In this document: positions 9,797-17,778 of the stretch, one piece after another
How the letters are laid out: the number at the start of each line of letters is the position of its first letter
How positions within the stretch are numbered: the stretch's first letter is position 1
Assembly (NCBI GenBank): GCA_947468275.1
Contig: CANIKO010000013.1
Coordinates: forward strand, 43,721 to 107,720
Direction of reading: 5' to 3'
From: Bacteroidota bacterium
GTDB taxonomy: Bacteria > Bacteroidota > Bacteroidia > NS11-12g > UBA9320
DNA: 64,000 bases
Notes under the pieces: generated by a model
What the model was told of the DNA's origin: nothing
Database searches by the model: none
The model's input: the letters and a program-made list of their open reading frames with translations, nothing else
Made by a program: the position numbers and the translations under genes

Positions 9797-11083
9797 ATGC
9801 CTAAATACAATTTTGTAGAAGAACTTAAGTGGCGGCAAATGCTGCACGATATTATGCCGGGTACCGAAGAATTGCTCAATAAGCAAATGGTTACCGGATA
9901 TATTGGATTTGACCCAACTGCCGATTCATTAGGCGTTGGCAATTTAGTGCAAGTAATGCTGCTTTTACATTTCCAACAAGCCGGCCATAAACCCATAGCC
10001 TTGGTTGGCGGAGCTACCGGAATGGTGGGTGACCCCAGTGGAAAAAGTCAGGAGCGTAATTTACTGGATGAAGAAACTCTTAACCACAATTTAGCTTGTC
10101 AAAAAGCACAACTCGAAAAGTTTCTGGATTTTAATTGCGGCACCAACTCTGCTGAAATAATAAATAACTACGACTGGTTTAAAGGATTTAGCTTTCTTGA
10201 ATTTATAAGGGATGTGGGTAAACATATCTCTGTAAATTATATGTTGGCCAAAGACTCTGTAAAAAATCGTTTGGAAAACGGAATGTCGTTTACCGAGTTT
10301 AGTTACCAATTGGTGCAGGGTTATGATTTTTACTGGCTCAATCAGCACAAAGATGTAAAACTTCAAATGGGCGGAAGCGACCAATGGGGCAATATTGTAA
10401 CAGGAACAGAACTTATCCGACGTAAAAGCCAAGGAGAAGCTTTTGCACTGACTACTCCTTTGATAAAAAAAGCCGATGGTACCAAGTTTGGGAAAACCGA
10501 AGGAGGCAATATTTGGCTCGATGCTAAACGGACTTCTCCTTATAAATTTTACCAATTTTGGCTAAATGCCGCCGATGAGGATGTTAAAAATTACATCCGA
10601 ATTTTTACTTTATTAAGCAAACAGGAAATTGAAACTTTTGAAGCTGAACACGCTTTGGCACCGCATTTAAGGTTAATGCAAAAATCCCTTGCTAAAGATA
10701 TTACCACCCGTGTTCACTCCGAAAAAGACTATTTAAAAGCTGTGGAAGCTTCAGAAATATTATTTGGAAAGGCGACCTCTGATTCTATTAAACTCATTGA
10801 CGAACAAACCTTATTAGATGTTTTTGAAGGAGTTCCTCAATCCACAATTTTAAAATCTGTGTTAGAACAAGGCATTAATATTGTTGAGCTATTAGTAGAT
10901 AAATCAGGAATTTTCCCTTCCCGTGGGCAAGCTCGCGAATTGATTAAAGCCGGTGGTGTAAGTATTAACAAAGAAAAAGTAACCGATGCCGAAACTCTCA
11001 TCTCCTCCAATTATTTAATTGCCGATAAATACATCATTGCCCAAAAAGGCAAGAAAAACTATCATTTATTGATAGTTGGATAA
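9797..11083 (+). CDS. tyrS: Tyrosine--tRNA ligase
   Basis: 428 aa. It has a HIGH-region equivalent ([14 protein letters not shown]), KFGKT (KMSKS-type) and a C-terminal S4-like domain. Confidence 0.95.
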   Translation: MPKYNFVEELKWRQMLHDIMPGTEELLNKQMVTGYIGFDPTADSLGVGNLVQVMLLLHFQQAGHKPIALVGGATGMVGDPSGKSQERNLLDEETLNHNLACQKAQLEKFLDFNCGTNSAEIINNYDWFKGFSFLEFIRDVGKHISVNYMLAKDSVKNRLENGMSFTEFSYQLVQGYDFYWLNQHKDVKLQMGGSDQWGNIVTGTELIRRKSQGEAFALTTPLIKKADGTKFGKTEGGNIWLDAKRTSPYKFYQFWLNAADEDVKNYIRIFTLLSKQEIETFEAEHALAPHLRLMQKSLAKDITTRVHSEKDYLKAVEASEILFGKATSDSIKLIDEQTLLDVFEGVPQSTILKSVLEQGINIVELLVDKSGIFPSRGQARELIKAGGVSINKEKVTDAETLISSNYLIADKYIIAQKGKKNYHLLIVG

Positions 11084-11113
11084 TTACCAGAATCGCTAAT
11101 TTTAGTAGAGTTA

Positions 11114-11137
11114 TTAATAAGAACTAATTCTTATTAA
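11114..11137 (+). terminator. AT-rich hairpin downstream of tyrS (10-bp stem TTAATAAGAA/TTCTTATTAA, loop CTAA)
   Basis: Perfect 10-bp stem followed by ATTT. There is no long U-tract, so the support is weak to moderate. Confidence 0.35.
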
Positions 11138-11176
11138 ATTTACACCATAAAATAATCTCTGTTTATTTTTTATGGT

Positions 11177-12781
11177 ATGAACCAAAATCTACGTTACATC
11201 ACAATTCTTGGAGTTTGCCTTTTTTCAACAAACCTTTCTAAAGCTAAATTAATAAACGCCACTCCAACTAACTATGAGGGATTCTTAACTGCCCTGACTG
11301 CCGGCGACACGCTTAAACTTGCCTCAGGCATTTACACAAGCAACTTAACCCTTAATGGAATCAACGGCACAAACACCAAACCAATAGTTATATTAGGAAC
11401 CGGCAACTCCACCAATTTTCAGGGACAATCGTGTTGCAATACCGTAAGTATTACCCAATGCTCTTATGTGGTTATAAAAAAATTTCAATTGGATGGATTA
11501 AACTTAGCCATTGATGCAGTAAAAGCGGAAGGCACAACGGGAAACTGGGCACATCACATTACTTTAGAATATTTGAACATTATTAATTATGGTTCATCGC
11601 AACAAAATGTGGGCATTAGTACAAAATGTCCGGCATGGAACTGGCTAATCCGCAAAAACAAAATTATAGGTGCCGGAACAGGAATGTATCTTGGAAATTC
11701 AGACGGAACAAAACCCTTTCTAAATGGCATTATTGAATATAATTATGTAGCCAATACCATTGGTTATAATATTGAAATAAAACATCAGATTAACGGACAA
11801 CGCGAACTTATGCCTGAAACTTCTGTAAACGGCAAAACCATTCTGAGACACAATGTTTTTACAAAAGATGAAAGTTCATCTACGGGAGCCAGTGCAAGAC
11901 CCAATTTATTAGTTGGAGGTTTTCCTACAGTAGGATATGGTGAGGTGGATTATTATGAAATTTATGGAAACTTTTTTTACAACAATCCGGTGGAAGCCTT
12001 ATTTCAAGGAACCGGAAACATTATGCTTTACAACAATATTTTTGTCAATCATTTTGATCCATCAGGATATAGGGCTGTATATATTACTCCGCAAAATGGG
12101 GTAAGTCCGCAGGATATAAAAATATTTCATAACACGATTTGGGCTGCAAATAGTGGTGGTGGAATTCGCTTATACACTCCCAATACCACTTACAAACAAT
12201 ATTGTTATGGCAATGCAGTATTTGCAGCTTCTGCCATCACCAATTTTACGGATACCATATATAATATTACTGGAACCTATTCCGGTGCAACAAATTTTGT
12301 AAATTCTGCCACCATCGATTTAAGTACCCTTAATCTTTACCCCAAAAATGGGCTATTGACGGGCGCAGTAACTCCAATTAATTTGTTTACCTACTATACT
12401 GATTGGTTTAAAGATTTTAATCAAGATTCTTACAGCTGGATATATCGCGGGGCGTATTCAGGAAATGGAATGAACAAAGGTTGGAAACTGCAGCTCGACA
12501 CCATGTCAACTCCGGCCATTTTAGGTTCTTTTCATTCAGCATTGAATAAAAATGATTTCGAAATTTCACCTAATCCTGTTTTAACCAAGCTTTCTATTGT
12601 AAAAAACAATTTCATTCCATCGCAAATTGAAATCATTAACCCTAACGGCGTCATCATTTATTCCTCTACTCTCAATTCATCCGAATCACAAATTGATTTT
12701 ACTGATAAACCCAATGGCGTTTATTTCATAACTATTAAAAATGAAAGCCAATCTGTGGTAAAAAAAATAATTAAATACTAA
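11177..12781 (+). CDS. Secreted right-handed beta-helix-like protein with a T9SS type A C-terminal sorting domain
   Basis: It has a signal peptide and repeated N/G/I-rich turns typical of pectate-lyase-fold proteins. The C-terminus is FEISPNPVLTKLSIV...NGVYFITIKNESQSVVKKIIKY. Confidence 0.6.
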   Translation: MNQNLRYITILGVCLFSTNLSKAKLINATPTNYEGFLTALTAGDTLKLASGIYTSNLTLNGINGTNTKPIVILGTGNSTNFQGQSCCNTVSITQCSYVVIKKFQLDGLNLAIDAVKAEGTTGNWAHHITLEYLNIINYGSSQQNVGISTKCPAWNWLIRKNKIIGAGTGMYLGNSDGTKPFLNGIIEYNYVANTIGYNIEIKHQINGQRELMPETSVNGKTILRHNVFTKDESSSTGASARPNLLVGGFPTVGYGEVDYYEIYGNFFYNNPVEALFQGTGNIMLYNNIFVNHFDPSGYRAVYITPQNGVSPQDIKIFHNTIWAANSGGGIRLYTPNTTYKQYCYGNAVFAASAITNFTDTIYNITGTYSGATNFVNSATIDLSTLNLYPKNGLLTGAVTPINLFTYYTDWFKDFNQDSYSWIYRGAYSGNGMNKGWKLQLDTMSTPAILGSFHSALNKNDFEISPNPVLTKLSIVKNNFIPSQIEIINPNGVIIYSSTLNSSESQIDFTDKPNGVYFITIKNESQSVVKKIIKY

Positions 12782-12805
12782 TCACTCATCACATTTTAAA
12801 GTAAC

Positions 12806-14221
12806 ATGAAATATATATATCTTTTATTATTATTGGTTTTGGGTCAATTTGCTTTTGCTAAAACATGGAAGGTAGGTTCGGCAAGAAGTTACACCATGCC
12901 CAGTCAGGTATCCACTTTGGTGGGTAATGACGATACGGTGGAAATAGACGCAGGCACCTATAATTCGGATGTGGCCAAATGGACAGCTAATAATTTGGTA
13001 TTACGCGGTGTAGGCGGATTGGCGCAACTCAATTCCAGCGGCATGGCATCGGGAGGAAAAGCAATCTGGGTAATTGGCGGCAACAACAATAAAGTAGAAT
13101 ATATTGAATTTTCATTTTGCACCTCGTTTGACCTTAACGGTGCCGGAATAAGATCTGAGGGGCAAAATATCACCATAAGTCATTGTTATTTTCATGATAA
13201 CCAAAACGGCATATTAGCGGGCAAGTTAAATCCATGTAAAATGATTATTGAATATTCTGAATTTGCTAATAATGGATACGGCGACGGGCAATCCCACAAT
13301 CTTTATATTGGCAATATTGACACACTGATATTTCGATACAATTATTCGCACCATGCCAAAGTGGGTCATGAATTGAAAAGTAGAGCCAATGTCAATTTCA
13401 TTTTATATAATCGGTTGAGCGATGAAACCACTGGCACAGCTAGCCGCAGCATTGATTTACCCAATGGCGGCACAGCTTATATAATAGGTAATGTAATTGA
13501 ACAAGGGCCACAATCTCAAAACTCAAACATTATCGGTTACGGACTTGAGGGATTGATTAATACAGCACCCAATGAAGTTTATGCTATAAATAATACTCTG
13601 ATTAATAATAAAACGAATGGCAGTTTTTTTGCGTTTCAACCAGGAACATCACTTTTTAAAGGATATAATAACATACTTGCGGGTGCTGGAAGTTTTGTAA
13701 CAGGTAGTTTCCCTTCAGCCATAGATACTTCAAATAATCAGGTTTCCACAGCTATAAATTCCTTCGCTTTTGTTAATACGGCCGTTTATAATTTTCATAC
13801 CACTTCGGCGAGCACATCTATTATTAATAAAGGAAAAAATCCGGGCACGGCAAACTCATTTTCATTAAGTCCGGTTAAGGAATACGTTCATTCCAATAAT
13901 GTAGCCTCCCGCTGCAACTCAGGAACTCTGGATATCGGGGCTTATGAATATTGCACATCTACGGGTATTGCCAATTCTAAATCATCTGAATTTGCCCTTT
14001 TTCCTAATCCAAGTCATGGTAAAATAATTCTTCAATCGGTCAACCACCAAATTAAAGAAATAACTATTTACAATCCTTTAGGCGTCTTAGTTTATAATTC
14101 CGAATTGAACCTCAACCTCAACCTTAACCTTAACCTTAACCTAAACCCCGGAATTTATATTTATCAAGTAAAAACAACGGATGATTTAGCTTTTAAAGGG
14201 AAGTTGATAATTGAGGAATAG
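12806..14221 (+). CDS. Secreted right-handed beta-helix-like protein with a T9SS type A C-terminal sorting domain
   Basis: It has a signal peptide (LLLLVLGQFAFA) and beta-helix-like repeats (GAGIRSEGQNITISHCYFHDNQNGIL). The CTD is FALFPNPSHGKIIL...PGIYIYQVKTTD...GKLIIEE. Confidence 0.6.
   Translation: MKYIYLLLLLVLGQFAFAKTWKVGSARSYTMPSQVSTLVGNDDTVEIDAGTYNSDVAKWTANNLVLRGVGGLAQLNSSGMASGGKAIWVIGGNNNKVEYIEFSFCTSFDLNGAGIRSEGQNITISHCYFHDNQNGILAGKLNPCKMIIEYSEFANNGYGDGQSHNLYIGNIDTLIFRYNYSHHAKVGHELKSRANVNFILYNRLSDETTGTASRSIDLPNGGTAYIIGNVIEQGPQSQNSNIIGYGLEGLINTAPNEVYAINNTLINNKTNGSFFAFQPGTSLFKGYNNILAGAGSFVTGSFPSAIDTSNNQVSTAINSFAFVNTAVYNFHTTSASTSIINKGKNPGTANSFSLSPVKEYVHSNNVASRCNSGTLDIGAYEYCTSTGIANSKSSEFALFPNPSHGKIILQSVNHQIKEITIYNPLGVLVYNSELNLNLNLNLNLNLNPGIYIYQVKTTDDLAFKGKLIIEE
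14105..14146 (+). repeat. Hexanucleotide microsatellite (CTNAAC)x7 encoding (LN)7 inside the T9SS CTD of the 12806 gene
   Basis: I read it directly: ttgaac ctcaac ctcaac cttaac cttaac cttaac ctaaac. It is in frame. Confidence 0.9.
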
Positions 14222-14424
14222 CCCCCCATTTAAAAATATTAAATAAAGCGTACCCTTTCTTAAGGGAACATAACTATTTATTTCCAAAATGGTATTCAAA
14301 TAGGATACTTGCCATTTAATGATAACAATCATTAAATTCATTGCCCAATAACACTTTACTTTCATAAATACAGCTTCATCTTTGCGGGACAATATTCACT
14401 ATTTAGACTTATAGAGAGAATTCC

Positions 14425-15192
14425 ATGAAAAAATTAGAAAACAAAGTTTCGATTGTTACTGGTGCTGGTGCCGGAATGGGTAAAGCCATAGCTATACTAT
14501 TTGCTGCCGAAGGAAGCAAGGTTGTAGCTGCCGACATTAATCAAGCACGACTGGATGAACTGAAAAGAGAAATCAGTGAAAAGGGCGGTGAGGTTACTAC
14601 TCTTATAGCAAACATGGCCCATGAGGAAGATATTGAAACTATGATACAATTAGCTATTACGACATACGGCACATTGGATATTTTGGTAAATAATGCAGGT
14701 ATTATGGATAATTTTCAACCCGTTAGCGAACTTGATAACAACACATGGGAAAAGGTTATGAAAATTAATGTGGAAGGGCCTTTTAAATCCATGAGAAGTG
14801 CCATTAAAATATTTTTGACCAAGGGAAAAGGCAATATTATTAATATTTGTTCAATAGGTGGATTAAAAGGTGGGGTGGCGGGAGCTGCCTACACCGCTAG
14901 TAAACATGCTTTGGTAGGATTAACCAAAAACACAGGCTATATGTATTCAAAATCAGGAATACGTTGCAACGGAATTGCACCGGGTGCAGTAAATACAAGC
15001 ATTGTAGAAACAATAGACATGACTAAAATTACACCTTTGGTGAATGATCGGATAATGACAGGTATGGCCTTGAACCCAAGGACAGGAGAATCCTCTGAAA
15101 TTGCCAATGCTGCTTTATTTTTAGGAAGCGATGAATCAAGTTTTATTAATGCCCAAATTCTTGTGGCAGATGGTGGATGGAGTGCATATTAA
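14425..15192 (+). CDS. Short-chain dehydrogenase/reductase (SDR) family oxidoreductase
   Basis: It has TGAGAGMGKA (TGxxxGxG), NNAG, the Y-x3-K motif YTASKHA, and PG..T. Confidence 0.85.
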   Translation: MKKLENKVSIVTGAGAGMGKAIAILFAAEGSKVVAADINQARLDELKREISEKGGEVTTLIANMAHEEDIETMIQLAITTYGTLDILVNNAGIMDNFQPVSELDNNTWEKVMKINVEGPFKSMRSAIKIFLTKGKGNIINICSIGGLKGGVAGAAYTASKHALVGLTKNTGYMYSKSGIRCNGIAPGAVNTSIVETIDMTKITPLVNDRIMTGMALNPRTGESSEIANAALFLGSDESSFINAQILVADGGWSAY

Positions 15193-15205
15193 AGCACAAG
15201 ATTAT

Positions 15206-16216
15206 TTACTTCTTAAAACCAGCCACCGTTTCTGCAATAGCTAAATTGATGGGCGTAAACTCTATACCTAAAGTAGCTTTTATCTTTTGATTGGAATACT
15301 GAGTAGTTTTAAAACTGCTATTAGCCGACTCTTTTGTGATTAGTCCTTTTCTACCTGAAATAAACCCTACTAATGCAAACCAACGCCAAGCTATGTTAGC
15401 CATCATTGGGTTAACTTTTATACTTGGGCGTTTTTTGCCAAAGGCATCTGCAATGCCATTCATAAAATCGCGCAGCCACATATTTTCACTTACCAAAAGA
15501 AAACGTTCTGCCGAAACAGAACTTTCAGCCAATAGTATCATTGCTTTTGCCACATCCTTCACATATACAAAAGCGTTACTCCCACTGGTGTAAAAAGGAA
15601 AATTTCTAGACCCATTGATAAAAAAACGACCAGTTGCTTTTTGCCAATCGCATGGTCCTATTATCATTGGGGGATTTACAATTACCGCATCCAATCCTTC
15701 TTCTATCCCGCGCCAAACTTCCAACTCGGCATAATATTTACTTATCGAATAATTGGATGGAATATCCTTCTCATCCCATTGATGGGTTTCATTGGTTTCT
15801 AAATTACCCTCTGCCTGACCAATGGCCGCTGTACTACTCACATACACCAGTTTTTTACAACCCTTAGCAAGGCCGGCATTTACAATATTTTCAGTTCCCT
15901 TTACATTTATTGTAAATAGTTTATCACGGTCGGATTGAGTAAAAGACACCAAAGCTGCACAATGAAAAACCAATTGATCTTTTTGCAAAAGGTCTTCCAA
16001 ATTGTCGTATTCAGTAATATCGCCGTCAACCCATTTCAAGTTTTTAACCACCAAACTTAGGTCGTGTCCAAAATAAAGGCCTGATATAAAAGTAAACTCA
16101 TTCAAAGAAGATTGAGGCCGTTTTAGAGCCTCCACAACGTGGCCCTTTTGCAGTAATGCACATACTAAATGGGCTCCTAAAAAGCCGGTGGCGCCGGTAA
16201 CAAAAATGGGTTGCAA
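15206..16216 (-). CDS. NAD-dependent epimerase/dehydratase family protein (extended SDR, dihydroflavonol-reductase-like)
   Basis: It has VTGATGFLGAHL at the N-terminus and YSISKYYAE (YxxxK). The start codon is TTG. Confidence 0.8.
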   Translation of the reverse strand: MQPIFVTGATGFLGAHLVCALLQKGHVVEALKRPQSSLNEFTFISGLYFGHDLSLVVKNLKWVDGDITEYDNLEDLLQKDQLVFHCAALVSFTQSDRDKLFTINVKGTENIVNAGLAKGCKKLVYVSSTAAIGQAEGNLETNETHQWDEKDIPSNYSISKYYAELEVWRGIEEGLDAVIVNPPMIIGPCDWQKATGRFFINGSRNFPFYTSGSNAFVYVKDVAKAMILLAESSVSAERFLLVSENMWLRDFMNGIADAFGKKRPSIKVNPMMANIAWRWFALVGFISGRKGLITKESANSSFKTTQYSNQKIKATLGIEFTPINLAIAETVAGFKK

Positions 16217-16227
16217 TACTTATAATT

Positions 16228-16235
16228 TAACTTTG
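16228..16235 (+). promoter_or_regulatory. Candidate -7 box TAACTTTG, 26 nt upstream of the 16261 ATG
   Basis: Exact TAnnTTTG match in a 44-nt divergent intergenic region. Confidence 0.35.
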
Positions 16236-16260
16236 CTAAATTAGTTCATGAAATCCACTC

Positions 16261-17385
16261 ATGCTTAAAGAATTTTTAACTCCATATTTACCCAAACCAA
16301 CTACCTGGAAAGAAACGTCCATTGGCCATCTAACGTGCTTTTATGAAACCGAAATACCTGATTTTGCCGAAACAGATATTGCCATAATAGGAATAAACGA
16401 CGGCCGAAATTCCGCAGGAAACGAAAGTTGCAAACTGGCACCCGATACCATTCGTGACGAATTTTATAAACTGATACGTCAAAATACCAGACTTCGCCTA
16501 AGCGACCTTGGAAATATAAATGCCGGCGACACCTTGGAAGATAGTTTAACGGCTCTTAAAATGGTTACCGAAACCTTATTAAAGGAAAATATAGTGCCGA
16601 TAATATTAGGAGGAAGTATAGAACTGGCTTATGGTCAATATACGGCCAATGAAAAAATTTGTAAGAATCTGGAATACGTTTGTGTCAGTGCTGATTTCGA
16701 TTTAAAAAACGAAACGTACCTGCGAAAAATTTGCACCTATCAGCCTAATTTTCTTTTCAATATTAATGTTTTAGGATTTCAAACTTATTTGGTGGAAGAT
16801 GACAGCTTGAGTGTAATACAAAAACTTTTTTTTGAAGCCAATCGCCTTGGACCATTAAAAAAAGATATGACCGATGCAGAACCTATGATTCGCAATGCAG
16901 ATATGATTACCTTTAATATGTCGGCCATCAAACAAGCCGATGCCCCGGGCCATGCCAATGGAAACCCCAATGGTTTTTCAGGAGAAGAAGCTTGTCAAAT
17001 TGCGTGGTACAGTGGCGTGGCCGATAAAGTGAAAACCTTTGGAATATATGAATTGAATCCTGATTATGACGAATACCGTCAATCGGCCAAGTTAGCTTCG
17101 CAAATGGCTTGGTATTTTGTAGATGGCTATTACAATCGAAAAAATGATAACCCGGTAATGCATCAGGATTTTTTGAAATACCGCTGCACATTGGGCGAAG
17201 GACAGCCTGAAGCAGTATTTTTCAAAAGCAAATTAAGCGACCGTTGGTGGATGGAAATTCCTTATCCAAACAACTATGGCGACCACAGCGTTTTGGTTCC
17301 ATGTTCGTATAACGATTATCTTATTGCATCAAAAGGAGAAATGCCGGACCGATTTTGGCGAGGTTTTCAAAAAATAAATATGTAA
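16261..17385 (+). CDS. Arginase/formimidoylglutamase (ureohydrolase)-fold protein with apparently degenerate metal-binding motifs and a ~80-aa C-terminal extension
   Basis: The family layout is recognisable (ILGGSIELAYG, VSADFD, FNMSAIKQADAPG, GFSGEEA, YELNP). However, the canonical GGDH, DAHxD and SxDxD ligands are mostly substituted. Confidence 0.55.
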   Translation: MLKEFLTPYLPKPTTWKETSIGHLTCFYETEIPDFAETDIAIIGINDGRNSAGNESCKLAPDTIRDEFYKLIRQNTRLRLSDLGNINAGDTLEDSLTALKMVTETLLKENIVPIILGGSIELAYGQYTANEKICKNLEYVCVSADFDLKNETYLRKICTYQPNFLFNINVLGFQTYLVEDDSLSVIQKLFFEANRLGPLKKDMTDAEPMIRNADMITFNMSAIKQADAPGHANGNPNGFSGEEACQIAWYSGVADKVKTFGIYELNPDYDEYRQSAKLASQMAWYFVDGYYNRKNDNPVMHQDFLKYRCTLGEGQPEAVFFKSKLSDRWWMEIPYPNNYGDHSVLVPCSYNDYLIASKGEMPDRFWRGFQKINM

Positions 17386-17398
17386 CTTTGAGTAAGTG

Positions 17399-17456
17399 AA
17401 ATCGAAGATTCGATAATACCATTAAATAAAAAATAAATCGAAGATTAGACAATGCC
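17399..17456 (+). repeat. Two 22-nt imperfect direct repeats (AAATCGAAGATTcGAtAATaCC / AAATCGAAGATTaGAcAATgCC)
   Basis: Repeat 1 is 17399-17420 and repeat 2 is 17435-17456, with 19 of 22 bases identical. They lie in the 393-nt intergenic region after the 16261 gene. Confidence 0.7.
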
Positions 17457-17545
17457 TTTAACTGAAAATTAAAAATAAATTAATTGTCAAACATAAAATA
17501 ATTATCAAATACCAAAACCCAACAAATAACAGTTAACTTAATATT

Positions 17546-17683
17546 ATGCAAGGTCTAAAATTTATAAAAGTAATCGTTTTAGCATTAGGAATTATATTAT
17601 TCCTTGACTCATGCTCCGCTTCAAAAAGCAAACGGGGATGTGATGGCAACAGAAAATCGAAAGTACCTTTTGGGTATATGTAA
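17546..17683 (+). CDS. Possible 45-aa lipoprotein (unannotated small ORF)
   Basis: The ATG at 17546 gives MQGLKFIKVIVLALGIILFLDSCSASKSKRGCDGNRKSKVPFGYM* . It has a clean n/h region plus the lipobox LDSC. It is below the size cutoff of the ORF track. Confidence 0.35.
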   Translation: MQGLKFIKVIVLALGIILFLDSCSASKSKRGCDGNRKSKVPFGYM

Positions 17684-17778
17684 AGGCATAATTTTATTAC
17701 TTTTCAAACTTGCTTATGACAAATCTTTGATTACATTTGTTTTAACTTTTATTAATACTAACTAATTAAAAATTTATT

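Noticed and set aside
6546-10555. Antisense or alternative-frame ORFs inside kdsD, recQ and tyrS (6546..6851, 7167..7442, 7744..8061, 8680..8925, 9185..9424, 9784..9996, 10091..10555)
   Set aside because: Each lies within a well-supported conserved gene on the opposite strand. None shows family or signal features. The same reasoning applies to the similar short ORFs listed inside polA, the TonB-like gene and the other large genes.
14105-14146. The AACCTN repeat run as a CRISPR array or telomere-like repeat
   Set aside because: The units are 6 nt with no spacers. The run is entirely in frame inside a coding sequence, so it is a coding microsatellite.
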